A model generated the notes under the pieces. It did no database searches. It was not told the DNA's origin and saw only the letters and a program-made list of their open reading frames with translations. DNA of 64,000 nt from Candidatus Krumholzibacteriia bacterium (GTDB taxonomy: Bacteria > Krumholzibacteriota > Krumholzibacteriia > LZORAL124-64-63), in the NCBI GenBank assembly GCA_016744705.1, contig JADGDU010000004.1:118801-182800 (forward strand). The letters are read 5' to 3'. Of the stretch, positions 38,063-48,701 are shown in pieces (the first letter of the stretch is position 1; the number at the start of each line of letters is the position of its first letter). A program made the position numbers and the translations under genes.

Positions 38063-39988
38063 ATGACTAAGAAAATTCTCGATGCCAAAATCCCCAGCGG
38101 CCCTCTGGCCGACAAGTGGGACAAACATATGATCGACAACCCACTGGTTGCTCCCGGTGGAAACCGCCGGAAACACACCGTCATCGTCGTGGGCACAGGC
38201 CTCGCCGGTGGTGGTGCTGCTGCAACAATGGGAGAGCTGGGTTATAACGTCCTGAATTTCTGTATCCAGGATAGCCCCCGCCGGGCCCACAGTGTGGCCG
38301 CCCAGGGTGGCATCAATGCCTCCAAAAACTACCAGAACGACGGCGACAGTGTTTACCGCCTCTTCTACGATACAATCAAGGGTGGCGATTACCGCTCCCG
38401 TGAGGCCAATACCTACCGTTTGGCTCAGCTGTCCATGGGTATCATCGACCAGAGCGTGGCCATGGGTGTTCCTTTTGCCCGTGAATATGGTGGAACCCTC
38501 TCAAACCGCTCCTTCGGTGGTGTGCAGGTCAGCCGTACATTCTATGCGCGCGGGCAAACTGGCCAGCAATTGCTGCTCGGTGTTTACAGTGCCCTCAGCC
38601 GACAGGTTGATGCCGGCACCGTGAAAATGTTCCCCCGCCATGAGATGCTGGATCTGGTCATTGTCGATGGCAAGGCTCGTGGGATCATCGCTCGTGAGTT
38701 GATCACCGGCGAAATCAAACGTTACGAAGCCGACGCAGTGGTTCTGGCCACTGGCGGTTACAGCCCCGTGTTCTACCTGTCCACCAACGCGGTCAACAGC
38801 AATGCCACGGCAGCCTGGCGGGCCCACAAACGTGGCGCCTTCTTCTCCAACCCCTGTTACACACAGATTCACCCCACGGCTGTGCCGCAAATGGGCGACT
38901 ACCAGTCCAAGCTCACGCTCATGAGTGAATCGTTGCGTAATGACGGTCGGGTTTGGGTTCCCAAGAAAGCCGGCGATGTGCGCCGCCCCAATGCCATCCC
39001 CGAGAATGAACGCGACTATTACCTCGAACGTCGTTATCCCGCCTTTGGCAACCTGGTGCCCCGCGATATCGCCGCCCGGGCCGCCAAAGTCGAATGCGAC
39101 AAAGGCAAGCACGCGTATTATTCCGAACAGTCGGTGTACCTGGACTTCTCCGAAGCCATTGGCCGTCTGGGCAAGGATGTTGTGGGCGATCGCTACGGCA
39201 ACCTGTTCGATATGTACAATGAGATCAGCGGCGACAGTCCTTACGAATCGCCCATGATGATCTACCCCGCCCCTCATTACACCATGGGTGGCCTTTGGGT
39301 CGATTATAACCTGCAAAGCACCATCGAAGGCCTGTTCGTAGCCGGCGAAGCCAACTTCTCCGATCACGGTGCCAACCGCCTCGGTGCCAGTGCGCTGATG
39401 CAGGGTATGGCCGATGGTTATTTTGTCGTTCCCCGGGTCGTGGCCAGTTATCTTGCCAATACCAAGTTGGACTCTGTCAGCACCGAGAACGACGCCTTCA
39501 AGTCCACCGAGAACGATGTTAAAGAGCACTACAAACGTCTGATGAACATCAAGGGAAATCGCACAGTACGCGACTTCCACTGGGACCTCGGGCGTGTCAT
39601 GTGGGACAAAGTTGGCATGGCTCGCAACTCCGAAGGTCTGAAAGAAGCCATTGAAAAAATCACGACATTGCGTGAAAGCTTCTGGAATGACCTGGCTCTC
39701 ACCGGCCACGAGAACGACCTGAACAAGCAGCTCGAGCAGGCCAACCGCCTGGGCGACTACCTGGAATTGGGCGAACTCATGGCACGAGACGCCCTGATGC
39801 GTGAAGAATCCTGCGGTGGTCACTTCCGCGATGAGCACCAGACCGAAGAGGGAGAAGCCAGGCGTAACGACGCCGACTTCAGCTTCGTTTCGGCCTGGGA
39901 GCACAAAGGTGAAAACCAGGTTCCTGAAATGCACAAGGAAGACCTGGATTTCGAATTCGTAGAAGTCAAAACTCGCAGCTACAAGTAG
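38063..39988 (+). CDS. sdhA: Succinate dehydrogenase/fumarate reductase flavoprotein
   Basis: [18 protein letters not shown] (FAD-binding His), [34 protein letters not shown]. Confidence 0.96.
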   Translation: MTKKILDAKIPSGPLADKWDKHMIDNPLVAPGGNRRKHTVIVVGTGLAGGGAAATMGELGYNVLNFCIQDSPRRAHSVAAQGGINASKNYQNDGDSVYRLFYDTIKGGDYRSREANTYRLAQLSMGIIDQSVAMGVPFAREYGGTLSNRSFGGVQVSRTFYARGQTGQQLLLGVYSALSRQVDAGTVKMFPRHEMLDLVIVDGKARGIIARELITGEIKRYEADAVVLATGGYSPVFYLSTNAVNSNATAAWRAHKRGAFFSNPCYTQIHPTAVPQMGDYQSKLTLMSESLRNDGRVWVPKKAGDVRRPNAIPENERDYYLERRYPAFGNLVPRDIAARAAKVECDKGKHAYYSEQSVYLDFSEAIGRLGKDVVGDRYGNLFDMYNEISGDSPYESPMMIYPAPHYTMGGLWVDYNLQSTIEGLFVAGEANFSDHGANRLGASALMQGMADGYFVVPRVVASYLANTKLDSVSTENDAFKSTENDVKEHYKRLMNIKGNRTVRDFHWDLGRVMWDKVGMARNSEGLKEAIEKITTLRESFWNDLALTGHENDLNKQLEQANRLGDYLELGELMARDALMREESCGGHFRDEHQTEEGEARRNDADFSFVSAWEHKGENQVPEMHKEDLDFEFVEVKTRSYK

Positions 39989-40001
39989 AGGAAGGTAAGC
40001 C

Positions 40002-40772
40002 ATGACAGACAATAGTGTTCAGAATGGTATGACAATACATTTGAAAATATGGCGCCAAGCTCGTGGCGCCTCCGACGGCAAGCTCGTCGATTATACAGTG
40101 GAAAATGTTCAGAACGAAATGTCCTTTCTGGAAATGCTGGACATCCTGAATGAACAGCTGGTGCGCAAGGGCGAAGAAGCCGTGGAATTCGACAATGATT
40201 GCCGCGAGGGCATCTGTGGAACCTGCGGCATGATCGTCAGTGGTGTGCCTCACGGTACTCACGCTGCCACCACCACCTGCGAAATTCGGATGCGCAGTTA
40301 CAAAGACGGCGACACCATCACGGTGGAGCCTTTCCGGGCCACGGCTTTCCCCCTGATTAAGGATCTGGTGGTGGACCGTTCGTCCTTCGACCGCATCCAG
40401 ACCAAGGGTGGATACGTAACCATGAATGTGGGTTCGGCCCCCGATGGTAATGACCTGCTCATTTCCAAAGAAGCTGCTGATAACGCCATGGACGCCGCCA
40501 CCTGCATTGGTTGTGGCGCTTGTGTTGCGTCCTGTCCCAACGGATCAGCCAGTCTCTTTGTGAGCGCCAAAATCAGTCAGTTCAGCTGGTTGCCTCAGGG
40601 TGACCCTGAACGCACCCGGCGTGCACTGATGATGGTGGACCAGATGGATTCCGAAGGATTTGGCGATTGTTCAAATCATGGGGAATGCGAAGCGGCTTGT
40701 CCCAAAGAGATCAGCATTCAGAACATTGCCCGCATGCGTCGTGAGTTTATCAAGGCAGCATTTAAAGGTTAG
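40002..40772 (+). CDS. sdhB: Succinate dehydrogenase/fumarate reductase Fe-S subunit
   Basis: [17 protein letters not shown]...CP, CSNHGEC...CP. Confidence 0.96.
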   Translation: MTDNSVQNGMTIHLKIWRQARGASDGKLVDYTVENVQNEMSFLEMLDILNEQLVRKGEEAVEFDNDCREGICGTCGMIVSGVPHGTHAATTTCEIRMRSYKDGDTITVEPFRATAFPLIKDLVVDRSSFDRIQTKGGYVTMNVGSAPDGNDLLISKEAADNAMDAATCIGCGACVASCPNGSASLFVSAKISQFSWLPQGDPERTRRALMMVDQMDSEGFGDCSNHGECEAACPKEISIQNIARMRREFIKAAFKG

Positions 40773-40790
40773 TATTCTGTTGATGGAGAC

Positions 40791-40826
40791 AAAGCGGCGG
40801 GGAGTCCAACTCCCCGCCGCTTTTTT
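40791..40826 (+). terminator. Intrinsic (bidirectional) terminator after sdhB
   Basis: AAAGCGGCGGGGAGT / ACTCCCCGCCGCTTT stem followed by a T run. Confidence 0.88.
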
Positions 40827-41232
40827 AAGAATTGCCTTCGGATTTTTCTTTCCAAGGCCAATCTTCGAGCTTCAGATTCAACCATCTCAAGGCTGCCTCA
40901 CGTTCTCGAAATACATGCACATCCAACGGCGCCCCATCCTGCATATTTTCAAACATGCGTCCCAGACCAAAGCCCAGATTGGTGGCCACCACCAGGGCAA
41001 CCTTCCCGCCAGCCGCACCAACCCTACCATTGATCACTCCCCACATTCCCGCGGGTGTTATATCAACTTGGGTGACGCCAGAAAAATCATGCAACTGATT
41101 CATCCGGCAATCATAGTCCGCATGACTTTGGCAGTATTCCTGGCATTGGGCCATCTCCGCATCTCCGAAGTGACCACACCCCTGCCAGAATAATGTCTTT
41201 ATTTTTTTATCAAAATGAAAATCCCATGGCAT
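40825..41232 (-). CDS. Small STAS/SEC14-like hypothetical protein
   Basis: LHDFS...KVALVVATNLGFGLGRMF...VFREREAALRWL pattern; GGAGG RBS. Confidence 0.65.
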   Translation of the reverse strand: MPWDFHFDKKIKTLFWQGCGHFGDAEMAQCQEYCQSHADYDCRMNQLHDFSGVTQVDITPAGMWGVINGRVGAAGGKVALVVATNLGFGLGRMFENMQDGAPLDVHVFREREAALRWLNLKLEDWPWKEKSEGNS

Positions 41233-41403
41233 AACAAACTCCCTCCAAGTTGTTTGTAAACATAACTATACAAATTCATTGCGCCAGAATCTACTAGGGA
41301 TTTCTTTACCCAAAAACCCCGGTCTTGACCTCTCCGCTCTCTGGGTCCATTGTTACTAGTCATAATTTGAATGAGAAACCCTCAGCAACCCGAAAGGCCC
41401 ATT

Positions 41404-42378
41404 ATGTCAAAGCACATAGACGTCATGCTCCTCCTCGCATTGCCTGCCAGCGGCAAAAGTGAAGCCCGCCGCTATCTGGCCAGTCTCAGCCCCCAGGAAT
41501 GCCAAGACCAATTCGGCATTGGGCACACCGTCCAGTTGGATGATTTCCCCTACGTGCACATCATGCGCCGTATCACTGATGAGCTGACCAATCGGGGTCA
41601 CACCGGCATGTTCTTCCTCTCCCCGGCTCTGCCTTTCCGCGACCCCGTGGATTGGCTCACATTGATTGAGCTGCTGAACGAGGATTATGACGATCTGGTA
41701 GCCGCCCACAAACCCGCTCCTGAATCGGCCGCCTTGTGGCTCTTTGATCGCATCGACGCCGCCCGGGTCCGCGCCGGTGGCCAAGCCATCATCTGCACCC
41801 TGGACGACGATCTGCGCAAAGAGATTGCCGCTCCCATCGAAGAGGAAGCCCAAACTCTACTGCGCGACAAAATCGCCGAAGTGCCCGAGTCCATGGAAGG
41901 CAAAACCGTCGTGGTTGAGTTTGCCCGTGGCGGCGCTGACGGATCGCCTTTGCCCCTGGTGCACCCCTTTGGCTACAAGGCCAGCCTGGCCCAGCTCAGC
42001 GAAAAGATGCTAGCCAAATCGAGCATCCTCTACATTTGGGTAGAACCTACAGAATCACGCCGCAAGAACGCCGCTCGCACCGACCCCAACGACCCCGGCA
42101 GCATCCTGCACCACGGCGTGCCCCTGGCTGTCATGTATGGTGACTACGGTGTGTGCGACATGGCTTACCAACTGGAGCAATCGGCCAAACCGAATACTGT
42201 TCAGGTGGACAAAAACGGGAACTCGTACTTCCTGCCTCTGGGTCGTTTCGACAACCGCGTGGATCGCACATCATTCATTCGTGAAGATGTGGACCAGTGG
42301 TCTGATGAAGACAAAGGCCTTCTGCAATTAGGTATGCGGGAAGCGTTTAATCAGTTGGCCGACGGTCAGGAAGACTAG
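41404..42378 (+). CDS. Uncharacterised P-loop NTPase/kinase-fold protein
   Basis: N-terminal LLLALPASGKSE (Walker A-like), VVVEFARG, ILYIWV; strong C-ending codon bias typical of real genes here. Confidence 0.75.
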   Translation: MSKHIDVMLLLALPASGKSEARRYLASLSPQECQDQFGIGHTVQLDDFPYVHIMRRITDELTNRGHTGMFFLSPALPFRDPVDWLTLIELLNEDYDDLVAAHKPAPESAALWLFDRIDAARVRAGGQAIICTLDDDLRKEIAAPIEEEAQTLLRDKIAEVPESMEGKTVVVEFARGGADGSPLPLVHPFGYKASLAQLSEKMLAKSSILYIWVEPTESRRKNAARTDPNDPGSILHHGVPLAVMYGDYGVCDMAYQLEQSAKPNTVQVDKNGNSYFLPLGRFDNRVDRTSFIREDVDQWSDEDKGLLQLGMREAFNQLADGQED

Positions 42379-42394
42379 CTTTTAAAAGGCACAA

Positions 42395-42428
42395 ACAAAA
42401 GGGAGGCCATGGGTGGCCTCCCTTTTGT
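42395..42428. terminator. Bidirectional terminator
   Basis: ACAAAAGGGAGGCCA / TGGCCTCCCTTTTGT stem between convergent genes. Confidence 0.88.
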
Positions 42429-42442
42429 ATTAAACTGAGCCC

Positions 42443-42868
42443 TCAGTTCATATTGAGGGCCATAATTTCCGGATATAGTAATTCATCTTCCAAATTCATG
42501 CGTCGGTCAAGAATGGCAAAAATGCTCTTCGTGTCTTCACAAAAACCTTGAGGGTCATCGAGAACCAGCAAGGAATTATTCCAATCTAGTCGATATTTCT
42601 GGAATTCCCCGAACAGATGGCCCACTTCATTTTTGAATGTCTGAGCCATTTCCCTCGCGTGTTGGTTTTCACTTTCCAAAAGACGAGGGTAAATATGACG
42701 ATCCTCCATGGTCAGGTGGAGCATCAAACGGGTGGATATTTGAGAGATCAATTCCATCACTTCATCTGCCACCGTATCCATACAATCGTCATCCAGTAAA
42801 AGACCAATTTGATCCCTCATGGCCCTGAATTCCTCATGGTGATTGACGAGACTATCCAATTCATTCAT
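42443..42868 (-). CDS. Hemerythrin-like (HHE) domain protein
   Basis: NHHEE, HLTMEDRHIYP, RMNLEDELLYP helical repeats; start reassigned to ATG 42868 behind GAGG. Confidence 0.8.
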   Translation of the reverse strand: MNELDSLVNHHEEFRAMRDQIGLLLDDDCMDTVADEVMELISQISTRLMLHLTMEDRHIYPRLLESENQHAREMAQTFKNEVGHLFGEFQKYRLDWNNSLLVLDDPQGFCEDTKSIFAILDRRMNLEDELLYPEIMALNMN

Positions 42869-42958
42869 TTGCTTTACCTCGCATGGGTCCTTGATCAAGA
42901 TGTTGGAGTTTAAATCGACCCCAACCCTGACCAGCCTTAGTTTTTTCTTCGCAACGGA

Positions 42959-44218
42959 TTACAACACCCAGCGCATGACCAACCACACCAGACCAAACCC
43001 CGCCAAGAAAATAATTCCAGCCCAACTCAAAACCTTCATGCCAATGCCTGGCCGATGCTCGTTGGGCATATTTTCTCCCTGAACGGCGCGGAAATTGAGG
43101 ATCGCCACCAAGGGCGCTGTCAGAAAGGCCAACACCGTTACAACATCAATCAGGGCCTTCATGTTGGTTACAAAAAAGACAATGATAAGAACTGATAAAA
43201 CCATCAACAGGAAGAGGAAGAGATTATAAAGAAAGCGGCTTCGGCCAAGAGAACGACCCACCGCCAGAGGGATGCCCACACTCAAGGTTCGTGAGTACCC
43301 ATCCAACACCGTCAGCGTGGTGGAAAACATGGTGATGAATGCCACGACTGTGATCACCCAATGGCTCCAAGCCCCCAAAGTGGAAGTGAACATCTCCACC
43401 AATTGGGCTGAAAACCGCACGGCCCTGGGTGAGAAATCAGTTCCCGTACCATACATGACCAAGGCTCCAAAGCTGACAAAGGCCAAAGCTAGAATGGCTG
43501 TGGTAGCATAACCCAGATTGTAATCCACCATGGCTTGAAACATAGTGGGGGGCTTCTTTTGACCCTTATTTTTTTCCAGAACCCACAGCGAAGACCAGGC
43601 GCCAATTTCCAGAGGAGCCGGCATCCAGCCCATTAGGGCCAGCAGAAAAGTCAGCCCGGCAGTAGAGAAAATATCAGGATGAAAATAGGTCGGATCACCC
43701 ACCGGACCATGCCTAAAGGCCAAAGCCACGGCCACCAGGACCAAAAGTCCCAAAACCAGAACCATCGTTTTCATGAGCCGGTCCAAAAGGCGGTAGCGGC
43801 CCACCAGCAATATTCCTCCCATGAGGAGCAGCACCAGCAGACTCACCAGGGGCAGAGGCAGGCTCAGACCAAACAAACTGACGGCCAACCCGGCAGTGAC
43901 TATGGTCACGGCCGCCAGAGTGATAAATGACGATACGGCCACCACGAAAATGAAAGCCGCCAGAGCCAACCGCCCCTGGCGTTGGTACCCCTCCAGAAGA
44001 CTCTCACCCGTGGCGTTGGTATAACGGTGAGCAAACTGGAAAAACGGATATTTGAAAATCAGCACCAGAACCACGGCCCACAACAAATCAAAACCATAAG
44101 CCGCCCCCGCCCGGGTGGCCTGCACTAAATGAGATACGCCGATGGCGGCTCCGGCAAAAAGGATGCCCGGACCCACCGCGTTCAGCATATCCTGCAGGCC
44201 CGGTCGAGGCTTACTCAT
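42959..44218 (-). CDS. NRAMP-related (SLC11/APC fold) transporter
   Basis: GPGILFAGAAIGVSHLVQATRAGAAYG, KYPFF, ALMGW, FSTTLTVLDG; about 11 TM helices. Confidence 0.8.
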   Translation of the reverse strand: MSKPRPGLQDMLNAVGPGILFAGAAIGVSHLVQATRAGAAYGFDLLWAVVLVLIFKYPFFQFAHRYTNATGESLLEGYQRQGRLALAAFIFVVAVSSFITLAAVTIVTAGLAVSLFGLSLPLPLVSLLVLLLMGGILLVGRYRLLDRLMKTMVLVLGLLVLVAVALAFRHGPVGDPTYFHPDIFSTAGLTFLLALMGWMPAPLEIGAWSSLWVLEKNKGQKKPPTMFQAMVDYNLGYATTAILALAFVSFGALVMYGTGTDFSPRAVRFSAQLVEMFTSTLGAWSHWVITVVAFITMFSTTLTVLDGYSRTLSVGIPLAVGRSLGRSRFLYNLFLFLLMVLSVLIIVFFVTNMKALIDVVTVLAFLTAPLVAILNFRAVQGENMPNEHRPGIGMKVLSWAGIIFLAGFGLVWLVMRWVL

Positions 44219-44643
44219 TCCGGCGAACCTTCAGCCGACGCCGCTCGGATGATTTCAAAACCTGCAGCCACTTCTCCGTCCATATTGACGGGCCGGCCTG
44301 TCCTCAAATCGATCACCGCAAATTTGACCAGGGCCTCAACCACCAGTTTGCCCGTTTTTCCATCAGTAAAAATTTGATGGATGTACCCTGTGCGCCCCTC
44401 GGACTCGGTCATCTCTGTACTGATTTTCAAATCCATTCCCGGACCCGCCGGGCGCTTGTATTTGATATCAATACCGGCCACCACAAATCCCAGACCGCGG
44501 TCCGACCAATAATCCAGCCCCAGCCCCACTTCCAAGTATTGCCAGCGGGCCTCCTCCATCATTTCCAGATAGCGGGCATTGTTCACGTGTCCATAAAAAT
44601 CGCAGTGATAACCACGAACCTTGATGGTTGTCATATGAGGCAA
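44215..44643 (-). CDS. Acyl-CoA thioesterase (YbgC/FadM-like hotdog fold)
   Basis: VRGYHCDFYGHVNNARYLEMMEEAR. Confidence 0.88.
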   Translation of the reverse strand: MPHMTTIKVRGYHCDFYGHVNNARYLEMMEEARWQYLEVGLGLDYWSDRGLGFVVAGIDIKYKRPAGPGMDLKISTEMTESEGRTGYIHQIFTDGKTGKLVVEALVKFAVIDLRTGRPVNMDGEVAAGFEIIRAASAEGSPE

Positions 44644-44670
44644 GAGATCCTCCTGAAGGATGTGGGGTTT

Positions 44671-45615
44671 TCAGCTCAACCAGGGCAAGTGATCCAAGTC
44701 AACGTTGCCACCGGAGATGATAATGCCGATGCTCTTTCCGGCGGTTTCCAGGGGATGTTGCAGCACAGCCGCCAGACAGACTGCACTGGAAGGCTCGATG
44801 ATAATTTTCATGCGCTCCCACACCAGGCGCATGGCGGTGATGATGGCCGCATCGTCCACCGTCCAGATGGCCTGCACATGTTCTTGAATGATGGGGAAAT
44901 TCAATTGCCCCAGGGAAGTCAGCAGACCGTCGGCAATGGTATTTGGCTGAAAGGAGGGGATAATATGCCCTGCTGCAAAAGAGCGAGCCGCGTCATCGGC
45001 CCCGCAGGGTTCTGCGGCGATAACCGAGGCGTTGGGTGCCATGGCCTGGGTGCTCAGGGCCGTGCCAGACAGCAACCCACCACCGCCCACTGGGGCCATC
45101 ACCACATCCAGCTGCGGCTGTTCTTCCAGCAGTTCCAGAGCCGCCGTGCCTTGCCCAGCAATAATGCGCTCATTGTCATAAGGATGGATGAACACGGCAC
45201 CCGTCCGCTTCACCACTTTCTCCAGGGTCTCCTCCCGGGCCTGCAGCGTGGGTTCGCAATCGATGATTTCGGCACCGTATCCCGCCACCGCGGCCCGTTT
45301 CACGGCCGGAGCGCTGGTGGGCATGACGATGTAAGCTTTGGTTCCCCGCAGACTGGCTGCCAAAGCCAAGGCCTGGGCGTGGTTGCCACTGCTATGGGTA
45401 GCCACGCCCCGGGCGGCATATTCTTCAGGGAGAGAGAAAACCGAGTTGGTGGCCCCACGCATTTTGAAGGCGCCCACTTTTTGAAAATTTTCACATTTGA
45501 AAAAGAGGCGGCAGCCAGCGGCCAGGTTGATGGCCTCACAAGTCAGCACTGGTGTGCGGTGGATATGAGGTGCAATGCGTTGGGCGGCTGCCTGGATTTC
45601 TTTGATTGTAACCAT
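44671..45615 (-). CDS. Serine/threonine dehydratase or serine racemase family PLP enzyme
   Basis: KCENFQKVGAFKMRGA, HSSGNHAQA, IAGQGT, PVGGGGLLSG, EPSSA, ISGGNVD. Confidence 0.9.
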   Translation of the reverse strand: MVTIKEIQAAAQRIAPHIHRTPVLTCEAINLAAGCRLFFKCENFQKVGAFKMRGATNSVFSLPEEYAARGVATHSSGNHAQALALAASLRGTKAYIVMPTSAPAVKRAAVAGYGAEIIDCEPTLQAREETLEKVVKRTGAVFIHPYDNERIIAGQGTAALELLEEQPQLDVVMAPVGGGGLLSGTALSTQAMAPNASVIAAEPCGADDAARSFAAGHIIPSFQPNTIADGLLTSLGQLNFPIIQEHVQAIWTVDDAAIITAMRLVWERMKIIIEPSSAVCLAAVLQHPLETAGKSIGIIISGGNVDLDHLPWLS

Positions 45616-45819
45616 GGTATCAGTTTCCCGCTAAATGGTTGTCCTCGCAACTAAAATCAGAAAAGGTTAGGGCTGGATTGCCCGCTTTCCAGTTCCAAAG
45701 ATCACCAGACCCTTTTTTATGGCTTTAGTAACCCCGGAGTGCTAAAATTTATAGCGATTGAATTCATTTGTCCTTCCCACCCTTCGGTCCTAACCGAAAC
45801 CTTCCATGCGGAGAAGTTG

Positions 45820-47289
45820 ATGACCAACCACAGCAATAGCACCGGTGCACCCGAGCCGGCATCCCCGTCCTGGTTCATGGGATTTTCAAAACCTTTTTGG
45901 GTTGCCAACGGCGTTGAGTTGTTGGAACGCGCCGCATGGTATGGGGTTTTTGTATCCATCACTCTGTACCTGAGTCGTATTCTGGGCTACACCGATGTGC
46001 AAGCCGCTCTCGTGTCCGGTATTTTCAGTGCCGGCCTTTATCTCTTACCCACCTTCAGTGGTGCTTATGCAGACCGTATCGGGTTCCGCAATGCTCTGCT
46101 TTTAGCTTTTGGTCTGCTAACCATTGGTTATGCCGGTATGTGGGTGTTGCCGACCATGCTGCAGGGAGCCGGGCTCGTTGAGTACGGTGTGCTTGCTCCG
46201 GGTCATGAAATGGCCGATGCCGTCGATAAAATCGTGGTATTCAACGGCCTCGATACCAGCTGGCAAAAGTGGCTGTTCGTGCCAGTAATGCTGACCATCA
46301 TGGTGGGCGGATCTTTCATCAAGTCCGTCATCACCGGAACCGTAGCCATCGAAACCACTGCCGCCAATCGCGCCAGGGGTTATTCAATGTTCTATGCCAT
46401 GGTCAACATTGGTGCCTTCAGCGGTAAGACCATCGTCAAACCTCTGCGATATAGCCTGGGTAACGAAGGTTACATCGTGCTGAATCTTTTTGCCGCCAGC
46501 ATGACCCTCATCGCCCTGATCTGTGTTTTCTTCTTTTACAAAAACCGGGCCAAGAGCGCTGAGCCCAAGTCCATGGCGGAAATCTGGAAGGCTTTGATTG
46601 CAGTGCTTTCCCAGGGACGCCTGATCACGCTGATCCTCATCATCACCGGTTTCTGGATGGTCCAGCACCAGCTTTACGCCACCATGCCCAAGTATGTACT
46701 TCGGATGGCCGGTGAAGGCTCGTCACCCTCCTGGTACGCCAATGTGAACCCGGCCATCGTGGTGCTGACTGTAGGGCTTGTCACCAGAATGCTGGCCAAA
46801 AGGACGGCGCTATTCAGTATGACCCTTGGGATGTTTATCATGCCCATTTCAGCCTTCTGTATGGCTGCTGGAAATATGCTTGGCAGCGGCCACATTATGG
46901 GCCTGCACCCCATTGCTTTCATGATGATTCTGGGTATCGTCTTCCAGGGTCTTGCCGAGAGTTTCATCTCACCCCGGTTCCTGGAATATTTCTCATTGCA
47001 GGCTCCCAAAGGTGAAGAAGGTTTGTATTTGGGGTTCAGCCATTTGCACAGCTTCATCTCATCGCTGTTGGGCTTTGTGACTTCAGGCTTCCTGCTGGAG
47101 AAATTCTGCCCCGATCCACGCACCCTGGATACAGCCACCCAAGCGGCCATGAAATTGGCCGTGGCTGGTGAGGGACCTATGCCTGATGCTTACGCTCACG
47201 CTCACTACATCTGGTTTGTATTTGTGGGGATTGCGTTTGTTTCGGCTGTGGCTTTGATTATTTATGGCCAGGTTCTTAAAGACCGTTAA
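45820..47289 (+). CDS. MFS transporter, POT/peptide-transporter-like
   Basis: ELLERAAWYG (ExxER motif), ADRIGFR, FYAMVNIGAF, NPAIVV. Confidence 0.85.
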   Translation: MTNHSNSTGAPEPASPSWFMGFSKPFWVANGVELLERAAWYGVFVSITLYLSRILGYTDVQAALVSGIFSAGLYLLPTFSGAYADRIGFRNALLLAFGLLTIGYAGMWVLPTMLQGAGLVEYGVLAPGHEMADAVDKIVVFNGLDTSWQKWLFVPVMLTIMVGGSFIKSVITGTVAIETTAANRARGYSMFYAMVNIGAFSGKTIVKPLRYSLGNEGYIVLNLFAASMTLIALICVFFFYKNRAKSAEPKSMAEIWKALIAVLSQGRLITLILIITGFWMVQHQLYATMPKYVLRMAGEGSSPSWYANVNPAIVVLTVGLVTRMLAKRTALFSMTLGMFIMPISAFCMAAGNMLGSGHIMGLHPIAFMMILGIVFQGLAESFISPRFLEYFSLQAPKGEEGLYLGFSHLHSFISSLLGFVTSGFLLEKFCPDPRTLDTATQAAMKLAVAGEGPMPDAYAHAHYIWFVFVGIAFVSAVALIIYGQVLKDR

Positions 47290-47308
47290 GCACTGATTGA
47301 AGTTTTAT

Positions 47309-47346
47309 AAAAAGCGCCGCGGGTAATGCCCTTGGCGCTTTTTTTT
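47309..47346. terminator. Bidirectional terminator
   Basis: AAAAAGCGCC...GGCGCTTTTTTTT between convergent genes. Confidence 0.8.
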
Positions 47347-48574
47347 AGAACTGGTAGGCCAATTGCCAACGTAGGAAATGAACGGGTTTCACACCATGCT
47401 GGTCGTGATATGGCCCAGCGTCAAACATCTCCCAAAGGAGGTGTCCATCCAGGCCTTTTCCCAAATCAAATTTCAATTCTGATTGCATCAAGAGACCGCG
47501 GCCATTCCAATCTGGCTCTGGGGCCACCAAATAGGCCAACCCCCAGCGGGCTTTAACCTTTTTACTGATGGGATAATACAGGTTCATCCTTGGGGCTGCC
47601 ACGTTCTCCCAGGCCGCCACATGCACCCGCCCGTCGCCACCGTCGGCCAGCAGGGTGTAAATATAAAGCTCGCTCCATTTTGGCCAGCGGCCCCAAGGGG
47701 TTCTAAAATTTTCCCCGTAAAAGAAGACTCCCAAATCGGCATCAACTGGTCCGTAAAGGTGTCCCTTTATCTGGGCCTCAAAAGCTAAATTGGTGCCCGA
47801 TGTGGCAGGGCTGTCCGGGGTGGTTTCCGGGATACCATCCTGATACTGGATTGCCACCTCGACATACCCGTTGGTTCCCTCTTTTTTGCCCCAGGTTAGT
47901 CGGCCGTCTAAAGTGTAAGTGTTCAATAGGGGCAGCACACCATCTGGGTCATCATCCTGTTTCCAGATGGCGGCAAGGCGGTGGCGGCCCAGGGTGATTT
48001 TGGCCCCAATGCCGGTCTCGTTTGCATCTGTCAGAGGGCGGTCGGCATCTCCTGACAAAATGTAGGGGTCGTACTTTTTGTTATGAACAGCAAATATGTC
48101 GAGCTTTTGGCAGCGGATGGAAGTGCGTAAGCGGACACCGTCCATATACAGGGAGCGACTGCCATCCAGAGGATGACCTTCCAGAACGAGGAAGCCATCA
48201 TCCCAGATGATGTTTTGCCGCCCCACCGTAAGGGTGGTGATATCGTCGGGGGTCCAGGCATAGAAAGCCTGGTCAATGATCAGTTCATCCCAGTCAAATT
48301 CCTCAGGTTCGGGGATCACGAAACGGCGGTGTTCGTTGGCCATGCGGAAAGCTGCGGCATGGTGGTCCGAAGCCACTTTCAATCCTGCGCGGGTGCGGAA
48401 ACGCACCCACTGGCGGTCTGGTTCGGGGGTAAAAAAGAGTACGCCGTCGAGGACTTCCTGGCGGATGCGCAGGTCGAATAAGGGAGTAACGTTTACGGAG
48501 TTTTCCTTGGCTGTTGATTCCGCTCCGGAAAGGAGCATGAAGATCAGACTGGACAGGAGCAGTATTTGATTCAT
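47345..48574 (-). CDS. Outer-membrane beta-barrel, alginate export (AlgE)-like
   Basis: Signal peptide, alternating beta strands, LTVGRQNIIWDDGFLV...YMDG, C-terminal LRWQLAYQF. Confidence 0.75.
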   Translation of the reverse strand: MNQILLLSSLIFMLLSGAESTAKENSVNVTPLFDLRIRQEVLDGVLFFTPEPDRQWVRFRTRAGLKVASDHHAAAFRMANEHRRFVIPEPEEFDWDELIIDQAFYAWTPDDITTLTVGRQNIIWDDGFLVLEGHPLDGSRSLYMDGVRLRTSIRCQKLDIFAVHNKKYDPYILSGDADRPLTDANETGIGAKITLGRHRLAAIWKQDDDPDGVLPLLNTYTLDGRLTWGKKEGTNGYVEVAIQYQDGIPETTPDSPATSGTNLAFEAQIKGHLYGPVDADLGVFFYGENFRTPWGRWPKWSELYIYTLLADGGDGRVHVAAWENVAAPRMNLYYPISKKVKARWGLAYLVAPEPDWNGRGLLMQSELKFDLGKGLDGHLLWEMFDAGPYHDQHGVKPVHFLRWQLAYQF

Positions 48575-48701
48575 GGGCTTCCTTTCGGGTGGGTTTAAAG
48601 TGGGTTTTTATGGGGAGGGAATCAAGGGATAAAGGCTTGCGGATGGTTCCTTGGTGGGACTCCATATGGGGCGGATCAATACCGATTAGGAAAAAAGAAT
48701 T

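Noticed and set aside
38501-40012. 503-aa antisense ORF opposite sdhA (similar ones at 4552-5481, 8580-9548, 27239-28528, 58139-59101, 62327-63520)
   Set aside because: These are shadow ORFs produced by the codon bias of strongly conserved sense-strand genes; they have no recognisable motifs or RBS.
45760-45810. CCTTCGGTCCTAA upstream of the MFS gene, resembling c-di-GMP-I riboswitch P2
   Set aside because: The GGCAAAC/GCAAA elements and P1 pairing are absent.
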